A stretch of DNA of 64,000 nucleotides from a bacterium (GTDB lineage: Bacteria; Patescibacteriota; Patescibacteriia; SBBB01). Location: assembly GCA_005239895.1 (NCBI GenBank), contig SBBB01000022.1:4098-68097 (forward strand), in the 5' to 3' direction. The notes below the pieces were generated by a model, which saw only the letters and a list, made by a program, of their open reading frames with translations, did no database searches and was not told the DNA's origin. A program made the position numbers and the translations under genes. This document shows, piece by piece, positions 27,927 to 38,673 of the stretch (the first letter of the stretch is position 1; every line of letters begins with the position of its first letter).

Positions 27927-30900
27927 TTAAGAACGTTTAATTAATTTAATTTTTAAAACCGCATTGTTTACTAAGATTTCATCACCGAAATCCATTTCTT
28001 TACACGGCATTATTTTACTACAAAGAGTAGCATCTTTCAATTGTTTTGTATAGTCATTAATTACTTTTAACAAATCTTCGTCTTCCGTAAAAAAACTCAT
28101 AACAACTTTATCGTTTATAGTAAGAGATTTATTTTTGCGATAACTATTGATTTGACGAATTAATTCACGCAACAAACCCTCTTGTTTTAATTCAGGTGTT
28201 AAAGTTAAATCTATGGCCACAGTAAGTTTTTTATATTTTTTTGAAATCCAATTGCGTTGTGTCTTAGATTTATCAGCTCCCAGCAACGCAGTTTTGATAT
28301 TCAACTCGTCTTGAATTAACCCTAATAGTTCTTTGTTTAAACTGGATGATAATTTCAGCCCTTGAATTTTTAAACATGACAACGGCTGTCTGATTTTAAT
28401 TCCTGACTCTGAACGCAAGCTGTGCGCTATTTCTACAACTTCTAAAACACTATCCATATTACGATGCAAAGTATTATTAATAAACTTTGCATTATAAACT
28501 GGCCAATTTTCTAAATGCACAGATTCCAGAGTTGGATTTAAAGATTGATACAAAACCTCGGCTTTAAAAGGCATAAATGGAGCAATAACAACTGCTACTT
28601 GCGATAATATAAAGCCTAAAAATTCTGGATTTTGCTTAATTCTATCACGACTCCTTCTTAAATACCATGTAGATAATGAATTAATAAAATCGCCAATTAA
28701 ACGAGTCGCACCAACAATGTCGTGCTTATTTAAAGAGAGTGTCATTTGTTTAATGAGAGCATGCAATTTGCTTAAAATCCATTTATCTAAAATATGTTTT
28801 GGTTTTATAATCTTAACTTTTTTAGATTTAGCTGATTTTTTTACATTATACATTTCATAAAAACTATACACATTCTGCAAGGTAATTAAAATATTTCTTT
28901 GGCTATCAGATATATTTTTCTCGCTTAAATTAAAATCTTCACCAAATTGCACTGCCGTAAGTAAAAAGTAGCGCAAACTATCAACACCGTATTTCTGAAA
29001 CAAAACATCAATATCCGTATAATTTTTTAATTTTTTACTTAATTTTTTACCATCCTCAGCCAAAATCAAACCTGTAACCGATACGTTTTTATAAGCGGGT
29101 TTAAGTTTCCCAAGTTTAGCTCCGTGGGATAGTTTAACTTTAGGAATAGTTAAAGCTGAGGCTAAAACATGTAAAGTATAAAACCAGCCTCGGGTTTGAT
29201 CCAGGGCCTCAACAATAAAATCCGCTGGGAAAATTTTTTCAACCTTTTCTTTATTTTCAAAAGGATAATGCCAAGAAGCATAAGGCATAGAACCAGATTC
29301 AAACCAACAATCCAAAACATCCTCAACTCTACGCATCTCTCCGCCGCAAGAACACTTTAAAACTATATTGTCTATATAGGGCCTATGAAGATCGCGAATA
29401 TTATTATGAAATATATGCTTAGATCCCCAGGGTACTTTTAAACTTACGGCTTGATGTTCGGATTTCATATTAAAATATTTATAAATAGTGCGTATAACCG
29501 CGCCATGAGTCACGATTACAATAGTTTTGTTTTTATAATCCTGATTTAATTTTTCAAATAATTTTGTAACCCTATTTTCAACGTCTTGATAAGATTCGCC
29601 ATTTTCTGGTTTTACTAAATAAGGTTGATCAGAATTATTTCTTAAATCCGTTAACTTGGAATAAAGCTTACCAGTGAAAACCCCGGGATTAATATCGTTC
29701 AAATTAGGATCTATGACTAAAGGAATATTGTGATGGCTATTAATCAGTTTGGCTGTTTCTTGAGTACGTAAAAATTCAGACGCCATTATTAAATCAATGG
29801 TTTGATCTCTTAGTTCCCGGCTAATTTTTTTAGCTTCGGCCACTCCCTTAGCTGTTAAATGAATGGATTTACGAATGTTACAAAAGGTAGGTTCATTTAA
29901 AACCTTATTTACATTATGCTCAGCTTCCGTATGTCTAATAACTATAAATTTATTACCGCTAGGCGTGGCTAAAGCCAGCTCTTCAATACTTCCCATAATT
30001 TTTTTAGTATGACATTTAACGCAAGACCAAGCTGGAATTGGAACTCCCCAAAATCTAGTTCTAGAAATTGCCCAATCCCGAGCTGTATCTAACCATTTGC
30101 CGAACCTTCCATTTTTAATATGTTGAGGACTCCAGTTTATTTTTTTATTATTAGCTAACAGCGCCGCTTTAATTTTTACAACATTCACATACCAAGAGGT
30201 TAAGGGATAATAAATTAAATAATGGTCGCAACGCCAGCAAAATGGATAGGAATGATTAATCACCTCTTCTTTCCATAATAATTTTCTTTGATCTAAATCT
30301 TGAGTAATGGCTATATTAGCGTTTTTAACAAGTTCACCTTCGCCTGGCAAATTTAAACCTTTCATTAATCTACCCGCAGCATCCACAGTTATAAACACTG
30401 GAAGTTTATTTTGTTTGCTCAACGTCATATCATCTTCTCCGAAAGCTGGCGCGATATGCACCACACCCGAACCGTCCGCACTAGACACAAAATCTCCGTG
30501 ATACACTTGATGGATTATATTTTTAAAATTTTTAATGTCTTGGGCTTTAATTAAAGATGAAACATTATAAAAAGCATCATAAGATACACCAATCAATTCA
30601 ACCCCCTTCATTATTTTAATAATCTTATAATCACCTTCGACAAAAACACTCAAACGATCCTTAGTTATAATTAAATATTCGTCTTGTATTTTTATAAGAG
30701 CGTAAAACAAGTTTTTATTAATGGCTAAAGCGACATTACCAGGCAGGGTCCAGGGCGTAGTCGTCCAAACCAAAAAATAACTATTGTTTGGTAAATTATT
30801 ATCTAGTGGTTTTTGAATTTTAAATTTAACATAGATAGATTTGTCATCAACATCGCGATACCCTAAATTTACTTCAAAATTAGATAAACCCGTCTCGCAG

Positions 30901-31454
30901 CGAGGACAATAAGGACACACTCTATAATCTTGATAAATTAATTGATTAGTATGCAACATTTTAAAAACCCACCAAACAGATTCCATGTAAGAATTATCCA
31001 GGGTTGCGTATTGTTGGTGATAATCTGTCCAACGCCCAATTCTGGAAAACGTACCTTTCCAAACATCTAAATATTTAAATACAATATCTTTACAAGCCTG
31101 ATTAAACTTAGCAATGCTAGCTGTTTTATCGCCAGCTAAAGATTCAATAGAAGATTTATTTTTAATACCTAGTTCTTTTTCAACTAAATTTTCAATAGGC
31201 AAACCATGGCAATCCCAGCCTATCCTGCGCTCTACTTTATAACCCTTCATAGTCCAATAACGAGTCACAACATCTTTAATAATACTAATAAACACATGAC
31301 CTACGTGAGGTGGACCAGAAGCAAATGGAGGACCATCGTAAAAATTATAAAGTGGACATTTATCATTTTTGATTAAAGTCTTCTCAAAAATTTTATGTTC
31401 ATCCCAAAATTTTAATACATCCTCTTCTTTAGAAGAAGAATTTATTTGTAGCAT
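27927..31454 (-). CDS. ileS: isoleucyl-tRNA synthetase with an inserted histidine-phosphatase (PGM-like) domain
   Basis: HIGH (PHVGHV), WDCHGLP, KMSKS-like KLSKK and the anticodon-binding region are present. A ~190-aa insert (FIVIRHTEAEHN...VTHGAVIR) lies between the two Zn-knuckle Cys pairs. Confidence 0.85.
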   Translation of the reverse strand: MLQINSSSKEEDVLKFWDEHKIFEKTLIKNDKCPLYNFYDGPPFASGPPHVGHVFISIIKDVVTRYWTMKGYKVERRIGWDCHGLPIENLVEKELGIKNKSSIESLAGDKTASIAKFNQACKDIVFKYLDVWKGTFSRIGRWTDYHQQYATLDNSYMESVWWVFKMLHTNQLIYQDYRVCPYCPRCETGLSNFEVNLGYRDVDDKSIYVKFKIQKPLDNNLPNNSYFLVWTTTPWTLPGNVALAINKNLFYALIKIQDEYLIITKDRLSVFVEGDYKIIKIMKGVELIGVSYDAFYNVSSLIKAQDIKNFKNIIHQVYHGDFVSSADGSGVVHIAPAFGEDDMTLSKQNKLPVFITVDAAGRLMKGLNLPGEGELVKNANIAITQDLDQRKLLWKEEVINHSYPFCWRCDHYLIYYPLTSWYVNVVKIKAALLANNKKINWSPQHIKNGRFGKWLDTARDWAISRTRFWGVPIPAWSCVKCHTKKIMGSIEELALATPSGNKFIVIRHTEAEHNVNKVLNEPTFCNIRKSIHLTAKGVAEAKKISRELRDQTIDLIMASEFLRTQETAKLINSHHNIPLVIDPNLNDINPGVFTGKLYSKLTDLRNNSDQPYLVKPENGESYQDVENRVTKLFEKLNQDYKNKTIVIVTHGAVIRTIYKYFNMKSEHQAVSLKVPWGSKHIFHNNIRDLHRPYIDNIVLKCSCGGEMRRVEDVLDCWFESGSMPYASWHYPFENKEKVEKIFPADFIVEALDQTRGWFYTLHVLASALTIPKVKLSHGAKLGKLKPAYKNVSVTGLILAEDGKKLSKKLKNYTDIDVLFQKYGVDSLRYFLLTAVQFGEDFNLSEKNISDSQRNILITLQNVYSFYEMYNVKKSAKSKKVKIIKPKHILDKWILSKLHALIKQMTLSLNKHDIVGATRLIGDFINSLSTWYLRRSRDRIKQNPEFLGFILSQVAVVIAPFMPFKAEVLYQSLNPTLESVHLENWPVYNAKFINNTLHRNMDSVLEVVEIAHSLRSESGIKIRQPLSCLKIQGLKLSSSLNKELLGLIQDELNIKTALLGADKSKTQRNWISKKYKKLTVAIDLTLTPELKQEGLLRELIRQINSYRKNKSLTINDKVVMSFFTEDEDLLKVINDYTKQLKDATLCSKIMPCKEMDFGDEILVNNAVLKIKLIKRS

Positions 31455-31470
31455 AAAAAATCACTTTAGT

Positions 31471-32457
31471 TTAGAGAACCTGAGTAATTGGATTCTTGCC
31501 ATCCAGCACGGCTATAATATTGTCTACAGCCAGTTGGGCCATACCAGCGCGAGTTTCAATGGTGGCTGAGGCTATATGAGGAGTAATAACTAAATTTTTT
31601 AATTTTGACATTCCGGGGCTTAAACGGGGTTCAAATTCAAAAACATCTAAAGCTGCGCCAGCGATACGCTTAGATTGCAAGGCTTTAACCAATTCTACTT
31701 CATTAATAATTGGTCCTCTAGAAGTATTAATAATATAAGCTGTTTTTTTAATTAATTTTAACTGTTTTTTATCTATTAAATGACGGGTAGTTGGTAGTAA
31801 AGGAACATGAATAGATATAAAATCAGAATTTTTTAATAAATCACTTAAACTAACTGCGGAACAACCCAAGCTTTGATCTAATTCCGCGTGAATCTTACCA
31901 TTATCAAAATATACAACTTTCATCTGATAACCCCGAGAAGCAATCTTAGCCACTATGGAACCAATTCTTCCCATGCCAATAATACCAATGGTTTTGTCTT
32001 TTAACTCCGATCCTAAAAACAAATCTGGTCTCCAGCCTTTAAATTTATTTTTCCGTAAAAATTCATCCGACTCTGGAATTCTTCGAGCCAAACTCATTAT
32101 TAAAGCAAATGTGTGCTCAGCCACGGCTTGAGTGAGAACATTAGGAGTGTTGGTAACAATAATATTTCTTTCTTTGGCTTCTTGAATATCAATATTATCA
32201 TACCCCACGGCATAATTAGCAATAACCTTTAATTGTTTGCCAGCGCTATCCATAATTTCTTTAGATATTTTATCAGTTAATAAACATAGAATAGCATCTT
32301 TACCCACTACAGCTTTTTTTAACTCATTAGGTTGTAAAGTATTGGCAGACTTATTAATTGTAACCGCGTATTTTGACCTTAATTGTTTAACAGCTTCTCC
32401 GGGTAATTGTTTGGTAACTAAAATTTTAAATTTAGACATAATTAATAATTTACCCAC
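31471..32457 (-). CDS. D-isomer-specific 2-hydroxyacid dehydrogenase (glycerate/D-lactate dehydrogenase family)
   Basis: NAD-binding GIIGMGRIGSIVA; catalytic R..E..H arrangement. Confidence 0.8.
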   Translation of the reverse strand: MGKLLIMSKFKILVTKQLPGEAVKQLRSKYAVTINKSANTLQPNELKKAVVGKDAILCLLTDKISKEIMDSAGKQLKVIANYAVGYDNIDIQEAKERNIIVTNTPNVLTQAVAEHTFALIMSLARRIPESDEFLRKNKFKGWRPDLFLGSELKDKTIGIIGMGRIGSIVAKIASRGYQMKVVYFDNGKIHAELDQSLGCSAVSLSDLLKNSDFISIHVPLLPTTRHLIDKKQLKLIKKTAYIINTSRGPIINEVELVKALQSKRIAGAALDVFEFEPRLSPGMSKLKNLVITPHIASATIETRAGMAQLAVDNIIAVLDGKNPITQVL

Positions 32458-32593
32458 CTAAATTTATACTTTCTAGCCACTGTATTTACAGATTATTAAA
32501 TAAAAAGGGGATAATCAACTTGGTGAAAAACGATAAATTTGGAAGGATTAATAACAGTATATATACAAAAAAATGGAAAGTCAAAACTTTCCA

Positions 32594-32992
<399 letters not shown>

Positions 32993-33196
32993 CTCAAAAA
33001 CATTAAAAATTAGTGTAATACATAATACCACAAAACTATAAACAAATAAAATAATTTGTCAATAGCCCGCTAAACCTTCCTTAAAATCGTGAAACGAAAA
33101 ACATTTCAATGGATTAAAATGTTTATTATAAATTTCAACAAATAAGTTTAGGCGGATAAATTTTCTAACTTGACCTCTAAATATTAATTTTTCAAA

Positions 33197-35179
33197 CTAT
33201 TTTTCTGTCCCTACTGGCAAACGTTCTACAAAATTACCACGCCCATCTTGCTTAAAATAATATGAAGCAGCTTGTCTTAAATCAAATGGAAATTCTCGTA
33301 AATCTAAACTTGCCACATCTCCAACTTTTAATTTTTTATCTTTTGAGCCTAGTATTCCTGTTTCAGATAATTTAACAATCTTCCATTTATTACCCATTCT
33401 CTCCAAGAGAACCATTACAGGCTTAGCGCCAACTCTATTAAAAATAGTCTTTCCACCTCTAGCTTCATGTTCATATATACCCACTGACACTGCAAAGGCG
33501 TGAGGCTCTTGCAAGGCTTGAGGTTGTTTTTTATAATCTTCTATATGAACACGCTCCAAAAAAGCATCATAAAATTCTTTAAAAATTCTAGCGAGTTTGT
33601 CGGGTTCCTCGCCTGTAGATGCTTGACCTTTAATATATTGACTACGAACCAAAGTAGCAAAAAACTCTTTCTGCTTTATAATTCCCAATATTTCACGTAA
33701 TAATTCCATGGTTTTAGTGTCGCTAGCTTTTAATTTTTGACGAATTAATTCTATGTTCTTGGAACTTATTCTACTATTAATATTCTTTTCGTTCCTTTTT
33801 TCTACAGGTTTTAATAATTCAAATAAAGATAATAAAGTATTTATATCTGTATTATACTGACTCGATTCTTTTTGTCCTTCTCTCCAGACATCTGGGTTTA
33901 AAGTTGCTAATTTAAACTCATTCGGAGGAAAAAACGGAGAAAACTTATGTGGACTAAAAATCCTATCCGCTCCAGACGCATACACAATATGACTTCTTAA
34001 TCTTTTTCTTACACCTCCAAGATAATCTATAGTTTTACCATGTTCATCTCTTTTATTGCTCATAACAGCTAATTCAAGTAATTTGTCTTTAGTGAGCTTT
34101 AAATCTGAACAAATCCTTAAAATAGTATTAAATTTTTCATCATGAACAGCAGACACAGATTCAGAATGCTCTTTAAACCTAGCTACAATATCTTCTTCTT
34201 TCTTTTCTTTTCTAGTAGCTTCTTCGGCTAGTATAGTATCAATCCAAATAGAAAATTCCGGATCTTCTTTCCGCATAGCATCCATCCTTTCCTGTAATGG
34301 TTTAATAGCTTCAACATAAGCTGTTTCAATCCCAGCTTTAACATTTGTAATTTCCGCTTGCTTAGGTGTGTATAATGCTTCTATTTTTGGAAATATTTCC
34401 AAATTTTTCTTTTTTAACCCTTGCTTTATACGTTCATAACGCGAATTATAAGCGTGTTTATCATTTGGTGACCGTGATTGATTGTTATTTAAATCCCCTA
34501 GTAACTTAAATGCTGTTTTAAATGAGTCGCCTGTTGTGGCAGGAATAATATTTAAACTTACCAAAAGGTCATAGTCAACATTGTTTAATAGTTCTTTTTT
34601 AGATATTGCAATATCATGGGCTTGTTGCCAGACTTTTTCGTCTTGATTGGATTGTTCTAGAGCGCTATTTTTATTTTGCGCGGCTTTATCTAAATCTAAT
34701 TTTAGAATCTTGAACTCACGCTCCTTTTTTCTAAATCTTTCTAATTTTTTTTGTTCGGCTAATTGAGATGCTTTTAATTCATCTTGTTCTTGTAGAGTAG
34801 TGGCAATAAGATCTTCAAATGACATTTCTTCCTCTGCAGGCTTATCTGATGACGACTGCTCAGTCTCAACTCCATCCGTGTCTGTTGTATCTGTTAATGG
34901 TGCTGGTGTTTCTTCTGGAGTTGTTTCTGTTTGGTCATCTTCTGCTGCTGGTGTTGGCACTACATCTGCATTAGGAACATCGTCGCCCTCCACTGACAAA
35001 TCAGCTGGCGCTGTTTTTGTATCAGCGTCATCTGTTGGAGCTGGTTTTGAAGTTGATTTTTTTGGAGGCGTTTTTCTTGAAGCTTTTTTTGCCGGTGTTT
35101 TTGATTGTTCCAAATCAGGATTGTTGCCTTCTGGTATAGGTCCACCTTTTGCACCTTTTGGTAATTCTTTGTCAGGCAT
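33197..35179 (-). CDS. large hypothetical protein (660 aa) with an acidic, Pro/Thr/Glu-rich disordered N-terminus
   Basis: Long ORF with a low-complexity N-terminal 130 aa and no recognised catalytic motif. Confidence 0.5.
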   Translation of the reverse strand: MPDKELPKGAKGGPIPEGNNPDLEQSKTPAKKASRKTPPKKSTSKPAPTDDADTKTAPADLSVEGDDVPNADVVPTPAAEDDQTETTPEETPAPLTDTTDTDGVETEQSSSDKPAEEEMSFEDLIATTLQEQDELKASQLAEQKKLERFRKKEREFKILKLDLDKAAQNKNSALEQSNQDEKVWQQAHDIAISKKELLNNVDYDLLVSLNIIPATTGDSFKTAFKLLGDLNNNQSRSPNDKHAYNSRYERIKQGLKKKNLEIFPKIEALYTPKQAEITNVKAGIETAYVEAIKPLQERMDAMRKEDPEFSIWIDTILAEEATRKEKKEEDIVARFKEHSESVSAVHDEKFNTILRICSDLKLTKDKLLELAVMSNKRDEHGKTIDYLGGVRKRLRSHIVYASGADRIFSPHKFSPFFPPNEFKLATLNPDVWREGQKESSQYNTDINTLLSLFELLKPVEKRNEKNINSRISSKNIELIRQKLKASDTKTMELLREILGIIKQKEFFATLVRSQYIKGQASTGEEPDKLARIFKEFYDAFLERVHIEDYKKQPQALQEPHAFAVSVGIYEHEARGGKTIFNRVGAKPVMVLLERMGNKWKIVKLSETGILGSKDKKLKVGDVASLDLREFPFDLRQAASYYFKQDGRGNFVERLPVGTEK

Positions 35180-35321
35180 ATATAAAAAAATTTATTAAAA
35201 ACTTAACTTTATAATTTTTAACTTTTATAATCTATATTATACCATAATATTATGGCATGATCAAACATGTGCATAAGTCAAGCAGATTTAAGATTTTCAG
35301 TTTATGGTTTATGGCTTATGG

Positions 35322-35470
35322 ATTACGAGTTACGAGTTACGAGTTACGGATTACGAGTTACGATTTATGATTTTTGATTTAAAAACTTTACATTTGACAA
35401 TTGACATTTAACAACTGACAAAAATAAATTATTCTTGATTCTTGCCTAATGCCTAATGCCTAATGCCTAA
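35322..35470. repeat. Heptamer arrays: (GTTACGA)n, TTGACA-like x3, (CTAATGC)n
   Basis: Direct tandem 7-mers. Confidence 0.8.
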
Positions 35471-35482
35471 ATCTACGGCTGG

Positions 35483-35611
35483 GTTGACCCCGTTAGAAGC
35501 CGCGATCGCCACAAAAAAATATATTATATATTAAAAATAAACATAGTAATTTAATAAATACTTAACTCAACTTAATATTCAAATCGCGATCTGCTTCTAA
35601 CGGGGTTGACA
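35483..35611. mobile_element. MITE-like repeat, copy E2 (GTTGACCCCGTTAGAAGCCGCGATCGCC ... AAATCGCGATCTGCTTCTAACGGGGTTGACA)
   Basis: ~25-bp terminal inverted repeats with an AT-rich interior; same family as 9686-9817. Confidence 0.6.
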
Positions 35612-35634
35612 AATCCCTCAAACTAGTGTATAAT
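35606..35634 (+). promoter_or_regulatory. Perfect consensus promoter TTGACA-17-TATAAT created by the E2 terminus
   Basis: TTGACA at 35606-35611 (inside the repeat end) and TATAAT at 35629-35634. Confidence 0.55.
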
Positions 35635-35795
35635 GTATTCCAATAAATAATTGCATCCTGGTTCAAAATTGCTTTTATTAATAGATAGTGTATGGAATAA
35701 AGGTTTTTTTGAGAAAGGATGCAATCTAGGAGGACTGCCCTTTTTCAACCACTGTTGTATAACAGTGGAAAAATTAACTCAGGAGGAAAAGCCAA

Positions 35796-36025
35796 TGACT
35801 AAAATGACCAGCATCTCATTTTTCAACATGTCAAGCAGAGCGTATCACATGACGTTTAACAGGTGGCTCAGAGAGCAACATGCCCATGGTCAGGGCATGC
35901 CAACAACTAACACGCAAACACAGCAATTATCAACCCCAGTGAAAGAAACCAGGCAGTTCATTCTTTTCAAAAAAGATGGCACGGTTGTTTCACACGTCGC
36001 GCCAACCGTAAGCGCAACCGCTTAA
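35796..36025 (+). CDS. small hypothetical protein (76 aa) in a GC-rich patch
   Basis: AGGAGG lies 8 nt upstream of ATGACTAAAATG. Composition is GC-richer than the genome. The ORF track gives a longer 35651 start. Confidence 0.35.
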
Positions 36026-36039
36026 CCACCCCGCATCAA

Positions 36040-36112
36040 CAAAAAAGCTGCGCCTTACCGCCTAAGGCGCACGCAGACAAAATCAAAGGGTCAAAGCTAA
36101 CTACTTTGACCC
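36040..36112 (-). terminator. Two hairpins (GCGCCTTA-N5-TAAGGCGC and AAGGGTCAAAG-N8-CTTTGACCCTT) terminating ORF 36123-38648
   Basis: Perfect stems; the first is followed by a U-run on the minus strand. Confidence 0.5.
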
Positions 36113-36122
36113 TTCCTGCCCT

Positions 36123-38648
36123 TCACACTTTTTTATGCTGGTTATAAACCACAAAACCAGAAATAAATATCAAGGCTATTAAAGTTACATAAAAATATAT
36201 TTTATACTGATTATCATCATGACTATTATCGTTTGAAATGTTTAATTTAATTTCTTTTTCAATAGGATTATACTGAAGCTCATTTTTAATTTCTGAAGTA
36301 TTTCCAGTTTTAACACTCTGAATTTTTAGATCATTTAAATTTCGTGGCAATATTCGTGTTAAATTTTTATTTCTATCAATATATCCAGCTACAAAAATTG
36401 AATCGCCTTTTAAAATTTTGGGCATTTCTTTAAAATTATTTTTTTGAAAATATACTCTAACTTCTGAATCGTCATCTTCAACATACACGCCCCTACCATT
36501 AACGCGATTTACAAGACCCTTAATACTGACTAATTGTTTTTTGGGTTCTTTTTCAATATCCGAAATACTCACAGGCTTAGGTTCGGATGTTTTTGATTCT
36601 TCTAAAATATTTAATTTTTTCAAATCTTGCTGGCCATCGAAATTATTTAAAACAATATTTACAGGAGGGACTAAATTTTTATCAACTTCTTTATTAATCT
36701 CAGAATCAATAATAGAAACCAATAAAGTTTCAGTATCTGAACCACCATTTGTGTCTTTCATTAATAATTTCACATTATAATTACCACCTTTAAGATATTT
36801 GTGTTTTTCTACACTATTATTACTAATAGTTCCATCACCAAAATCTAAAAAATATTCTAAATCATCCCCATCAGGATCGTAAGAACCAGAACCATCAAAT
36901 AAAACACTGTGCGAATCTTTTAAATCTATATGTTTAGTCAAAATTGCTTTAGGCGATTGGTTTGCAAAAATTAAAACATTGTCTTGATTGGGAGTAATTC
37001 CCAAAGTCCACGATCTGGTGTTACTATTTATGCGACTATAAGATTGATTGGTTGACGCAACTTGAGAATACGCTAAAACATCTACTAAAACACGACCATT
37101 GGTATTTATTTCATTGGCGTACAGCTTTACTGTATCGCTTTTGTTATTTAATTGTAATTTGGTGATTTTAGAATAAACAACCAAAAATCCTTGAGACTTA
37201 ATAATAGTATCCTTAAAATCTAAATTATTAATTTTATATTCTCCCGTAGTGTTGGCAAGTATCCAACCATTTAAATTTATTTCATTAGAGCCTAAATTTT
37301 TTAACTCCACAAACTCTTGTTCACTATCTGAACCAAGAGGATTGGGCAAAACTTCGTTAATTACAACCTGATAATCAGTTGCACGAACTGAACGCGATTC
37401 ATTAATATTATTATCAACCAAAATAATATTTCCAGCATTAGGTGTTTTTGCGAAAGTCAATTTAAAATCTCTACGATTATGATTGGAATTTAATCCATCT
37501 TTTATTCTAGCCATAGATAAATCTTTGGGTTGCGCGTCCGCATTATCATTTATATTTCCATCGTCAAAATCACCATAAGCAACTTTATCTATAATGACTC
37601 CGTTTTTATTTTTTAAAACTATTGAATCTCCATCATTGTTTAAATAACCAGATTTAATATATATGGTTAAAAATTTATTATGACCACCGGGTTCTAAAAA
37701 GTCATATAATTGAATTTTTTCACCTGAACCGTCTTCTAAATATGACCCATTCAAACCAATTCTCTTGTCTGTAGTATTGTAAAGTTCTATCCACTCGTCC
37801 TGAGCATTGCTAGTATTGGCCATAAATTCATTAATAACAACATCTCCAACCAGGGGTTCAGCTGAAACAAGTTTGGCATTATTCTCATTAATCGAATCAG
37901 ATGGTTTGACAGTAGTTGAAGTCTCGTTTTTTGCAAGCGTTGAAGATTCTGAGGTTGTACTCGGTTTATTAAAACTTAAACCACCATCCAAGTCACTAGT
38001 ATTTTGCGGATTAGGTTTGTTTTGTATAAAAAAATCCAGGGAATTATTATCTGTGTCTTGAATATTATTACTAAAATATCTTTCTAAACTTTGGTGTTTT
38101 TCGGGATTGACAGCAGCTACTAGTTCTTTATCTTGCGCTGTACCAAAACCAATTTTATCAACTAAGGTTTTGCCATCATCGCTGTACAATAAAATAGTAT
38201 TATCTTCAGCCACAGATGCAGTTGAAACTGAATAAAAAATATCTGGACTTTTACCAGATTTATAATTTTTATGAGCAATCAATAAATAACCCCTGGATTT
38301 AATAACCAAAGCAGCTGGAAAACTAGTAACTAAATTAGATTGTGAACCCGTTGCTGTCTTTTTAGACAGTCTCCACTGATTTAAACTAATATCCGTTCCA
38401 GTTGGATTATACAATTCTATAAATTCGTCTAAAGTGGTTTCACCATTAATTTTAATTTCAGATATTACAACCTGGCTAGGATTAGCTATAGCAACTCTAT
38501 AAAACGAAAGACCCAAAACAATTAAAAATAAACCCTTTAAACCAATTGCCAAACCAATCGAACGAACATACAATTGCATACGCAGCTTTCCAGCTTTAAA
38601 AAAATTTTTAAAACCTTCTAGGTCACGATTGTTGCTTTTTAATAACAT
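36123..38648 (-). CDS. cell-surface protein with three lamin-tail (LTD) domains, a PKD domain and a C-terminal TM anchor
   Basis: LTD motifs VVISEIKINGE..EFIELYNPT, VVINEFMAN..EWIELYNTT and VVINEVLPNP..EFVELKNLG; PKD FDGSGSYDPDGDDLEYFLDFGDG. Confidence 0.65.
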   Translation of the reverse strand: MLLKSNNRDLEGFKNFFKAGKLRMQLYVRSIGLAIGLKGLFLIVLGLSFYRVAIANPSQVVISEIKINGETTLDEFIELYNPTGTDISLNQWRLSKKTATGSQSNLVTSFPAALVIKSRGYLLIAHKNYKSGKSPDIFYSVSTASVAEDNTILLYSDDGKTLVDKIGFGTAQDKELVAAVNPEKHQSLERYFSNNIQDTDNNSLDFFIQNKPNPQNTSDLDGGLSFNKPSTTSESSTLAKNETSTTVKPSDSINENNAKLVSAEPLVGDVVINEFMANTSNAQDEWIELYNTTDKRIGLNGSYLEDGSGEKIQLYDFLEPGGHNKFLTIYIKSGYLNNDGDSIVLKNKNGVIIDKVAYGDFDDGNINDNADAQPKDLSMARIKDGLNSNHNRRDFKLTFAKTPNAGNIILVDNNINESRSVRATDYQVVINEVLPNPLGSDSEQEFVELKNLGSNEINLNGWILANTTGEYKINNLDFKDTIIKSQGFLVVYSKITKLQLNNKSDTVKLYANEINTNGRVLVDVLAYSQVASTNQSYSRINSNTRSWTLGITPNQDNVLIFANQSPKAILTKHIDLKDSHSVLFDGSGSYDPDGDDLEYFLDFGDGTISNNSVEKHKYLKGGNYNVKLLMKDTNGGSDTETLLVSIIDSEINKEVDKNLVPPVNIVLNNFDGQQDLKKLNILEESKTSEPKPVSISDIEKEPKKQLVSIKGLVNRVNGRGVYVEDDDSEVRVYFQKNNFKEMPKILKGDSIFVAGYIDRNKNLTRILPRNLNDLKIQSVKTGNTSEIKNELQYNPIEKEIKLNISNDNSHDDNQYKIYFYVTLIALIFISGFVVYNQHKKV

Positions 38649-38673
38649 TTGATATAATTCCTTATATTAATTT

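Noticed and set aside
35651-35795. Longer 124-aa version of the small GC-rich ORF
   Set aside because: The strong SD is positioned for the internal ATG at 35796; the upstream part overlaps the promoter and 5' UTR.
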